Position numbers and translations under genes: made by a program | The notes under the pieces: model-generated | Told to the model about the DNA's origin: nothing | The model's input: only the letters and a program-made list of their open reading frames with translations | The model's database searches: none | Assembly (NCBI GenBank): GCA_964016885.1 | Contig: OZ024741.1 | Location: forward strand, 226,610,001 to 226,674,000 | Source: Eledone cirrhosa | Lineage: Eukaryota | Direction of reading: 5' to 3' | Length of the DNA: 64,000 nucleotides | In this document: positions 53,690-64,000 of the stretch, one piece after another | Layout: every line of letters starts with the position of its first letter | Position numbering within the stretch: position 1 is the stretch's first letter

Positions 53690-56600
53690 TAAGAAACTTG
53701 ACACCACCTGTACCATCTACGTCTACCTCAAATGCTGGGGAAAACACTATCGATAATAATAATAATCGAAGAAATAATAATAATAATCGAAGAAATTTGA
53801 CACCTCGTATACCATCCGAGTCTACCTCGACTGTTGTGGAAAATACTATCGATAATGAAAATCAAAAGTATAAACAATTGAAAATTCCCCTCAGCGAAAT
53901 CTTCCAGAGAGAAATTAATTGATGTATAAATATCTCTTTTGCTGAACGTGTTAAAACGACAATGTTTAATAAAAAAACAAATAATGAAATATTACGTGTT
54001 ATTGACGAAATAGGGGATGAATATTTACGACAGATAAAAACCCAACATTTTGGCAAATCAACACCTGTTTATATGCCTTAGCAACGACAGTGAAGCATTA
54101 TCTTGGTGATAGCAGAGATATTAACAAGAACAGAACACCACCAAAAATACCATCATATATAACTAAAATAGGAACAAAGATTGCTGACCTACGAAAAACC
54201 ATAGGATATGTGACAATGCTCCTTACATACAAACAAACACAAAAAAACCTCACTCCTCATCAACAAAGAGTGAAATATAAAATAGAGACGATGTTTGATA
54301 ACAGTAGAACCAGAACTCTCCAATATAAGCTGATAATCCTCAAACAAGAATTGAGAACTGTTAGCGAAAAACCCCGATACCTGAAGAAGGTAGATGAGAG
54401 AAAAGTGCTTAATAAAAGATTCAGACGAAACCAAACATCAGTCTATAGAGATATGAAGGGCAAAATAATAAGTGTCACTGATGCATAGATTCGTTTTGGA
54501 GCAAAATATGGGGTGAAAAGAAGAATTTTAACCAAGATGCAGTGTGGCTAAGAGAAATCCGAAAGAACTATTGCTCCTACACTACAACAAAAACATACGA
54601 AATAAGTGAGGGTACCCTTGAGACTGTGATAGGAAAACTCCAAGATGAGAAAACACCAGGAAGAGATATGATTGTCGGCTACTGGTACAAAAAACTAATA
54701 TTCTATCAGAGGTATCTTACTGGCCTCTACCAACAAGTTCTTAAGGGAGATACACTTATACCAGAATGGTTGACATTAGCACAACCATTACTGATCCCCA
54801 AGAACAAAGACACCCACTTGGCAAAAAACTACCGACCCATTGCATGCCAGAACCTGATGTATAAGATGTATACAGCCTGCCTGAACCTATTCCTCTAAGA
54901 TCACTGTGAAAATAATAACATCATCACAGATGAACAAGCAGCTGGAAAGAAAGGGGTTTGGGGATGTGCTGAACAACTCCTAATCAACAAAACTGCGATG
55001 TCGGAGGTGCGACAACTTAGGAGGAATATGACTACAGTCTGGCTGGACTACAGGAAAGCTTTCGATTCTGTTCCCCACTCTTGGATGATAGAGGCCCTCC
55101 AACTTGCTAAAGTCCCAGACATTATTGTCAGAGCCATAGAGAGAGACTGTCTTCTTCTTGGGCTACTATCCTATGGTTAAAGACAGAGAGGGAGGACTCT
55201 ATTTTCACTGATAAAATAAAATATCGCAGGGAGACAGTCTCTCTGTGATATTATTCATCTTGTCATTAAACCCCCTGTCCTTTCGGCTCAAGAAATGTGA
55301 GGGATACATCATTGGCTCACAGGAGGACAGAAATACGAACCTAAACCATAATTTCTTTGTGGACGATCTGAAACTCTATGCCAAGAACATGGATGGGATG
55401 AAGAAAAATCTTGACCTGGTTACAACGTTCTCAAAGGATATAGGAATGGAGTTTGGCCAAGATAAATGTTCATACATGACTGTAAAGCGGGGAAAAAACA
55501 ACAACCCAATCTAGCAACATCGTCATCAATGGCCTAACTGCTTCACCGATATCTGATGAGGACTGCTACAGATACCTGGGGATAGATGAGAACATATCCT
55601 ATAATGGAATCTGTAATAAAGAACGCGTAACCAGGGAATACTACACCCGATTAAGAAAGATCTGGTCATCGGAACTCTCTGCGCAAAACAAAACAGTGGC
55701 TCACAATGTGTTTGCTGTGCTTGTCCTAACACCAACGTTTGGAATACTCAATTGGACGATAGACGAAATCCGAGCAGTTGATGTTGGAACTCTAAAAATA
55801 CTAAACAACACCGGAAACTTTCACATCAACAAGACCGCCTTTACTTGTAACGTAAGCAGGGAGGCAGAGGCCTAACATCAGTCCAGACAACATTTGAATG
55901 TGGCATCATATCTCTCCGACATCTACGAACCTCGAAGCGTAGGAGCCCGTTTCTCGAGCAAGTCTATCAGCATGAAACAGATAAGAGTTGGGAAGGAACT
56001 CCTCGAGAGATATTCCCTGTGTGATAATCAAAAACTCACACCTAGGGATGTCGCTCAGCAGTATCGCAGTGAATCCATGGATGAAAAACTGCATGCCTAT
56101 CAGCAAAAAAGCATGCATGGATATGTTGCCAGGAAGCCCCAGAGTGAGAGTAATAAAGATAAGGAAAGTAGTCTATCTTCGACCAACAACCGCTATATTG
56201 GCTCCCACTTTGAAGGATACGCTTTTGCAATCCAGGCACAGGAGATTAACACGAAATACCTGATTCACAAAAGAGATAGGGATGCAGAGGAAAAACACCT
56301 AGATGTGATAACAAGTGCAGACTCTGCAGAACTAACATCGAGGATATTACCCATGTCATCAGCAGCTGTCCAAAGATGTCATCGTGGTACTATCTACCTA
56401 TGAGGCATGATGTAGTGGCCAAAACACTGTACAATGCAGTTCGTAAAAAATATAGCCCCGATAATAAACACATTAAAAGCTACAGCAATATGGAAGACAT
56501 CCATGTACATAATATGAAAGAGTACTGGTGGAATGTCCCAGTAAAAACCCCAATAAAATGCAGGCATAACAGACCAGATATTATGATATGGGACAGGGAG

Positions 56601-57120
56601 AAGAAAGCATGCACAGTAGTGGAAATTAGCTGCCCAGCAGATGCCAATATAATATCAAAGATTAGTGAAAAGGAGAATATTTATGCAGAACTGATGAGAA
56701 ATCTGCAGATACTCCACCCTGATTACACCTTCAGATTTATGCCTGTGATTATTGGGGCACTGGGATATGTTAGCAACTGCCTCAATACAAATCTTGAGAA
56801 GCTAGGCTTCACAGGAACAGAAAGAACACAACTAGTTAGGAAATTACAAGGTCAATCCATTAATGGAACAGTAAAAATATGTAAAACATTCCAAACATTT
56901 TGCATCTAATAACTGCATATACACATGTACAGATACAAAGAATATACAGATGCACACATACAACTCAAAGCATACACATCCACACATACAATAACATCCA
57001 TATCTACACATGCATGCAGACATGCCTATATATCTACCTAGTTGATGTGTAAATTCCAATGAGAGAGTCTCGTGTCTATGTTAGAAACCGACTCTCTCTC
57101 TATTGGTAAAACTTTGTGAA
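53690..57120 (+). mobile_element. Decayed R4/Dong-like non-LTR retrotransposon (RT plus restriction-like endonuclease)
   Basis: YRPIAC, WLDYRKAFDSVPH, FFVDDLKLY, RHDVVAK, HNRPDI..VEISCP, PVIIGALG; many stops and frameshifts. Confidence 0.9.
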
Positions 57121-57157
57121 ATTATAAAACCAGAAGAACATACATATATGTTTGTAT

Positions 57158-57647
57158 ATATATGAATTAGAACCCTGTAACCATTAAGCTCTAAGTATAA
57201 AGTACAAATAAATACTGAGCCGATTAACAATATATAGTAAGAAACACAGTAAACCGTGTGTCTAAAATTACAAGGGTTGAAAAACCACATATGCTTGAAA
57301 TATTTAACCAAGAAACAGACAGAATGACGAAATGAAAATAAAAATATATTATCAAATAATACAAACCGCCTCAATAACCATTATATCTCTCGGACAGATT
57401 ATCCCTAATCTGTTTCGCCCTGAGTGTGTTTGTAACAGATAATCCTGGGCTTCATCAGCGAGAGATTGCGATTAAATGCCACAAACACTATTTGCCAACG
57501 TTCACACAGAAAGATGAATTCATCACCTCGTGCTTCGCCAGCCAAACGTGGTAAACGCGTGTTGAACAGAAATAACAGTCCAACACGCACAACTTAATAG
57601 CTCATCCTGTAAGAGAGCCGAAATATATATATATGAATTAGAACCCT
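57158..57647 (-). mobile_element. ~490 bp non-coding hammerhead-bearing insert with short terminal direct repeat and TSD
   Basis: atatatgaattagaaccct at both ends; tatatgtttgtat at 57145 and 57648; minus strand ctgatga-agccc..gggc-gaaac at about 57403-57460. Confidence 0.7.
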
Positions 57648-57654
57648 TATATGT

Positions 57655-57985
57655 TTGTATGTATGTATGGTCCCGTAACTCCTGATAGAGTCGAGGGGGT
57701 GCCGTATTGACATACAACGTTTCTTGGGCATTTTAAGCCTGGCGGAGCCCATCCCTCTCCAGACCTTAGTACAGCATATTTCTTCCAGAGAAAGATAGAA
57801 AGTGAGAGAGAGGACACGAGAAAGAGATATAGAGAAAGAATCGACTCCAGTACTAGACTGGTAGTTTTTTTATCGGCCTCGAAAGGATGAAAGGCAAAGT
57901 TGAAATCCGAGAGCAGAGAACCAGAACCAATACCATAAAGCATTCTATCCGACGCTCTAACGACTCTGTCAATTCACCGCCTATA
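57655..57985 (-). mobile_element. SINE, same subfamily as 50143-50485
   Basis: Reverse complement similarity over the whole length. Confidence 0.8.
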
Positions 57986-58257
57986 CATACATGTATACAC
58001 TTTTTTTAAAATAAAATATTAATTTATAAAAGCTATTTATATAATTTAAATTACATAACAATATAGACTACAAAATTAAATTTAAATATTAATTTAAATA
58101 AAACAAAAGTACCAACATCATAACAAAAGTTATATATATGTCTATATTACACACGAACGAAATTTAAAAATCCTATTATTTTTTTTTTTTATATTATAGT
58201 ATATATTTAAGAAAAAATAAATATATACATATGTGTGTGTGTGTGTGTGTGTGTGTG

Positions 58258-58385
58258 TAGGCGCAGATGTGGCTGAGTGGTTAATGAGCTCGCTTCGCAC
58301 TCAGTTGGTTCTGTAGCTTTGGGTTGACCAATGCCTTGTGAATGGAAGTTGGTTGACGGAAACTGCAGAATTCCGTCGTATACGT
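58258..58385 (+). mobile_element. Internally deleted SINE
   Basis: ggcgcagatgtggctgagtggttaa A-box-like head; gccttgtgaatgga..gacggaaactg tail. Confidence 0.6.
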
Positions 58386-58561
58386 ATATGTGTGTGGCCG
58401 TGTTTATTATTATTTTTTGGGTTTTTTTTATATGTCCCATAATACAGCGATTCTTGAAATAACTAGAAAATCAAGGTGGTACTCCAGCATGGTCGTTGTC
58501 TAGTGATTCAAACAAGTAAAAGAAGAATATATAAACATACACATACAAACACACACACACA

Positions 58562-58679
<118 letters not shown>

Positions 58680-59370
58680 TGCCTCCCGCTTACAACAAAA
58701 CTCTAGAAGCAAGCGGATTCAATGAGAGAATCAGCTACAAATGTAAACCAGCAAAGACGAAAATTCCAGAGCCCGAATAACAGTCTGGTTCACGCCTCCT
58801 TCTCTCTGAACATCAACACCAACATCGGCAGAACATTCTTAGCTCAGTTGACAAAAACTTCCCAACTAGCTACCCTTACAAGAACCTACTCAACTGACAT
58901 AACCTTAAAGTCATTTTTAACTCAATTCCCAAATTTAAATTCATTATAACCAGTAAGACACCACTACCCAACATAATTGACTGCTCATGTAGGTTCAGAA
59001 ATTCATGTCTTCTAAAGGGGGCATGCAAAACAGAGGCCATAGTCTATCAGGTAACAGTGAAGTTGTCAAACCCAGACCACGCTGCCAATCTCAAGCAGTA
59101 CAATTGTCTTACGGAACTACAGCTTAAAGAACGGGAGAAAAAGTTCATGTCTAAGCTCTCCAACCCTGTATGGAAGCTGAAAGAGGATTTTACTGATTAC
59201 AACATCAGCTGGAATATAGCAGAAAGATTTAAATCCCACGTCAATGCTTCTAAAAGGTGCAGACTCCAAGAGATGGCTTATAGAGAAAAATTCACAGGAC
59301 CCAAGGACTCGTACTTCAAATCGGGAAACGAAAAATGTCAATATAGCACAATATATGTACTCTGGTTTTA
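58680..59370 (+). pseudogene. Decayed Naiad-like PLE fragment (linker plus GIY-YIG)
   Basis: VWFTPPFSLNINTNIGRTFL, CSCRFRNSCLLKGAC..IVYQ, SKLSNPVWKLKE..YNISW..SKRC. Confidence 0.85.
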
Positions 59371-59610
59371 GTCACCAAATATCCAGCCACACACCAACAA
59401 CCATCGATAACATGCTTAAAGTCCACCGGATATCCACACTGAACTTTTGGGGCACCAAATATCGAAATATTCCAGATCAAAAAAGACTGAGCAAGTTTTA
59501 CCTCTCCTGCACCGACCACAAAAATTATGCATACACACACACTCACATACACACACATATAAACACACACGCACACGCGCACACACACACACACATACAC
59601 ACACACACAT

Positions 59611-59690
<80 letters not shown>

Positions 59691-59691
<1 letters not shown>

Positions 59692-59742
59692 GCTTCTACA
59701 GGATTAGAACTGTTTCATTCGGGAAAAAATCATCAGGAAGCC
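59691..59742 (-). ncRNA. Hammerhead motif with full stem III and weak stem II
   Basis: ggcttc-ctgatga-ttttttcccgaat-gaaacag-ttctaatc-ctgta-gaagcc. Confidence 0.65.
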
Positions 59743-60518
59743 TGTGATAAACTTATATATATTTATATATATATATATAAAATACAATATGTTGAAAATG
59801 TAACACACCAGAGAGAGAGAGAGAGATCGTGTGCCATCAATAAAACAGGGAAAAGCACCAGTGTATGGAATCTGTAACCTATGGGAGGCAGGGTAGACAA
59901 TAATTAAAAATATAAATTAAAATGTATATACGCACCTCTATAACTATATAACTCACACGTACAAATCCAAAGAGATCTGTTTCGCCAGGAAATTGTTGAC
60001 TGAAATGGAATCGCCTATGGGTCATCGCCTCCATCTCTCTCACCCACCCCATCTCTCCGTATGGTAAGCAAATGGGGTCCCACGTGCTGGCCTATCCACA
60101 GCCCCGGCGGACAGAATGGGGAAGGCGTTTCTCCGGAGGATGGTAAAGTTGGTTGGCAGAATTGTTAGAGTAGAGCGAACTTATGACGTGATACTTTGCT
60201 ATATCTACTTCGGCTTTGTGCGTCCCGGGTTCGGCAGCGATGTCTGCGGTATCTAATCGTATCAACGCTTGCTTTTCCCTCGGACAATGTCAATAGCGTC
60301 CACAGACGAAATTGATATTAATAGGCACAAATTTATTTTTCACAAAAATGTCATCCCTAGCATGCTTCATGAAGGGGAAATTTCCTCGTGCGTATCCATG
60401 GACTTTCGAGACAAATAGAGTTCCCTTGATAATGTTTCTCTTCTACCTATTTTCATCTACTTCACATGGTTTCATAATCTGATTTACTAAATTTAGTTTT
60501 ATTCAATGTTATTTATTA

Positions 60519-60906
60519 CTAGACCTCCCGTGACCTATTGTGTCACGTTCACTTCAAAATGTTTTTTTTAAATCATGGTCACTTAAAAATAATTTTTAAA
60601 TAATTTATATATTCACAGACATAAATAACATGAAATGAAACTGGAAGGCTTATACATGTACATAGGTGTGTATGTATATATATGAATGTGTGTGTGTGTA
60701 TACATTTATATACATGTGTCTATATATATATATGTGGGTGTCTGTGATCTATATACATTCGTCATAGACACACACATACACACACACACATATATATATA
60801 TATATAAACAACACCACCAGCTCTCTCTCTCTTTCATTCTCCTTCTCTGTCTCCTCTCCCTCTCGCCATGTCTCTCTTTCAATCTACTCTCTCACAACCA
60901 CTATCC

Positions 60907-60939
<33 letters not shown>

Positions 60940-61154
60940 ACTCTCTCTCTCTCTCTGTTTATGAAGGTACCCGGAGAAACCCCATATCTCGGGAACCCGT
61001 GGTCCGATTTACGCGAAACTTGTTTTGTTCCATTTGTAATCCCATTTCAAGGTCAATTTCTTTTCAAAGTATTTTCCCATTATGCGCCCTTTTTTTACAT
61101 TACAGAGAAGCAAGCAAGTAAGCAAGCAAGAAATCACAGAGCTTTAGTAGTATA
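60519..61154 (-). mobile_element. Non-autonomous Helitron
   Basis: Hairpin gtgacac..ggtcac plus CTAG at 60519-60522; 5'-like tatactactaaagctc; segments shared with 61155-61800. Confidence 0.75.
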
Positions 61155-61519
61155 CTAGACCACCCGTGACCCGTTGGGTCATGTTCACTTAAAAATAATT
61201 TTTAAATAATTAAAATATACACAAAATGTATATAATGTAAAATAACATTAGAAAGCCAATATATATATACGTGTATGTGTGTGTGTATATGTACGTGAAT
61301 ATATATATATATATGTGTGTTTGTGTGTGTGTATGGGGGGGGGGGTCTGTGGCCTATATACACTGTTTGCAGACACACACACACACATACACTCTGTCCT
61401 AACACAAGTTATCAGATACATATAACTTAATATTCAGTCACCAAATTCCAGCTAGATACAGTAATGCTGTATTCAATTCTTTGAAGTCACCTGTCATGAT
61501 TTCATTCATCAACACCACC

Positions 61520-61611
<92 letters not shown>

Positions 61612-64000
61612 CACACACACAACCACTATCTGCGTTTGTATTCACATTTCAATGGTACCTTACTTTCAAAGAATTTTCCCATTATGCGCTGATTTGGCTA
61701 CTTATAAAGTTACCCGAAAAAACCCGCGTATCTCGGGAACCCGTGGTCCGATTTACGCGAAACTTGTCTTTTCACTGTATTATTCACAAGTATTTTCACA
61801 AAGAAAATATCAAATCATTTTTCACTAATAGCTATCAAATCACTCCACTTCAAAATTCTTTTTTCTATATCTCTATGGATGCTTGACTGTTTGTTCTGAA
61901 AGATTTTTCTGCTTAAAAAGTTGCAATGATAATGAAGAGCTGGTTTTATTTACAAAAATTTGAAAGAAATTATTCTTACTTGTCTTAGTTTTTCCTTTTC
62001 CTTTCATTTTCTGACGTTGGAATCAACATTTTCTCATATTTTCACTGTTAGAGTTTGTTCAAAAGAATGCTTTTGATGACAACATTCTTAGTTGACTGGG
62101 TATCCTTCAGAAACACTCTGACATTTTCTTTTCGTTTTCCGCGGCTAAGGGCTACATACAGTTGACCGTGTTGGAATACAGGTCATTCCAGATAAACCAA
62201 GACGTTTTCCATAGTTTGTCCTTGTTCTTTATGAATAGTCATAGCGAAGCACCATTGAACTGGGAATTGGCTTCGGATAGATTAATTCTTATTCTAGGTA
62301 TCATAACGATCTCATTTCTGAAAGCAGCAGTGTTGATTCTTGCTACTATGAGATTGTTGTGCAGTTCTTCCACGATCATGCGCATTCCATTACAAAGCCT
62401 TGGAGGATTCAAGTTTCTCATAAGAATTATTGGCGATCCTTTTTTCAATACCAGATTATGTGGTGGTAGTCCTGATAGTTCAACCGAATCAAGGAATTCA
62501 GTCGGGAAAAGAGTGGCATTGGCACCATCACTCACAGAATTATAGGATCCGTACTCTTTTATGGTTCCAGGGAAGCGTCTGATACAGGAGAAATTGATGC
62601 TTCATTTCATTGAGAGGTACTAAGATGCAATTCTTCGAAAACACTTCAGTTGGATTGTCGAATGAGGGGTAGATGAAATCAATACATTCTTCCATAGTTG
62701 TTGCTTGAAGAACCATTTCATTTGGCAAAATAATTTCCTCATTTTCATTTTTTTTTATCTTATCTTCTCCAATATCCAATAGGAACTGTGAATAGTCTCC
62801 TGCTCCCCCACCCAATCGCATGTTTGTCTTCAACTGAAATCTTTTGAAGCTTTGCCTTAAGTAGGATCTTTTAATGCAGGCGTTTTCCACGTCCGCTTCA
62901 TTTCCTCTTTTCACTACCGGAAGAAGCTGACGGAAATCGCCACAGCAAATTGTCAAAATTCCACCGAATGCCTCATGGTAGTCGCATATGTGACGCAAAG
63001 TGAGGTCAACAGCTTCGAAGCTTTCCCTCCGAAACATAGGACACTCATCCCAAACAATCAGCCTTGTATGCTGGAAGAGGTTTGCCGTCTTTGAGTTTTT
63101 ATCAATGTTGCACAGATCATTTTCTTTCACTACTATCGGTATTTTGAACCTAGAATGCGCTGTTCTTCCACCAGGCATCAGTGTTGCGGCAATGTCAGAT
63201 GACGCAACAGCAATAGCCACGTCGCCCCTGACTTTTGAAAGAATTAAGTTAATCAGGAATGTCTTTCCTGTTCCACCTGGAGCATCAATGAAAATCAATG
63301 CAGATGTGTTCATCTCTAAACTGTTACAAACGAAGTCATACACGTGTTTTTGTTCACTATTCAATAGAGGCTCCGTCTCCTCTACAACTCGTCGCTGCTC
63401 TCCTATGCTGTATTGCAATTCATGCAATAACTCTAAATTGCCAATATCCTGATTAGCAACAATATTATTTGGCCTTGGCAAGTTAAAGTCACTAAGACTT
63501 TTGCCCAGGTCGTTAAGTTTGTCTTCAAAATACAGAAGACATTGATCATAATGTCTCTCGCTAATCAAAAGGTTAGAGTTTCTGGTGGCGTTTTTTTCTA
63601 TTTGAAGGTAATCCTCAGACAGCGAATGCTTAAATCGAACCCATAAAGCACTGGAATTGTCAATTTCCGTATTTGTGAGGAGCACGATGAATAGATCTCT
63701 CATGGCTTTGGGAAGCCTTGTTCGCTCAGCATCTTCCAGAGTCTGCTGCCAATGATCATCCGATTGAAGCAAACCTTTCTCTCTGCAGACGTCTTTGAAT
63801 AATGGCAGGAGTTCTCCATCACACATTTCAAAGAGATGAAGGATACTGGCCCTTTGACGTGATGCAGAAGGAGTCTTAAATAATACAGGTCACCACTTCG
63901 TGGAGAAACAGTGTATACTTGGCCCAAAACGTTCGTCTCAAAACTCCCTGGATACTGCTCAACTGTTTTCCCCACATTTCTCCTTTCCCATCTCTTATTA
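61155..64000 (-). mobile_element. Helitron (3' part; runs off the window)
   Basis: Hairpin tgacccaacgggtca plus CTAG at 61155-61158, downstream of the helicase. Confidence 0.88.
62048..64000 (-). pseudogene. Helitron Rep/Pif1-like helicase, frameshifted
   Basis: YYLRLLLHHVKGP, FIDAPGGTGKT, GRTAHSRF, IVWDE, GDFRQLLPV, LPPHNL..LMRNL..LCNG, FAMTI, HGQLYVALSR. Confidence 0.95.

Noticed and set aside
50143-57985. Composite transposon bounded by inverted SINEs
   Set aside because: The two copies are diverged members of an abundant family and share no TSD
58880-58910. In-frame TGA as selenocysteine in a Naiad-like element
   Set aside because: It falls at an Arg-type position (LN*HN), the copy is decayed, conserved Cys codons are normal and I see no SECIS

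Overview
AT-rich animal DNA full of microsatellites and transposons. The SINE families and (TA)/(CA)/(GA) tracts suggest an octopus-like cephalopod (inference). I recognise no host gene. Contents: a decayed Ty3/Gypsy pol with PPT/LTR start, Helitrons, a mariner-type remnant, R4/Dong-like and CRE-like LINE pieces, many tRNA-derived SINEs, and above all Penelope-like elements (PLEs; RT plus GIY-YIG; two near-complete ORFs at 29.7-32.0 kb and 43.3-45.6 kb). The main hidden signal is about 30 type I hammerhead-ribozyme motifs read by eye (CUGANGA...GAAA...UH), many degenerate. They lie in PLE 3' ends and in non-coding 430-590 bp tandem units, mostly arranged as fold-back insertions between (TA)n tracts. 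Arms end at variable internal TA motifs, several hammerheads have long stem-II extensions, and flanking DNA is sometimes copied in inverted orientation across (TA)n. Coordinates are from manual reading; element boundaries are approximate and clade names come from motif resemblance, not phylogeny.
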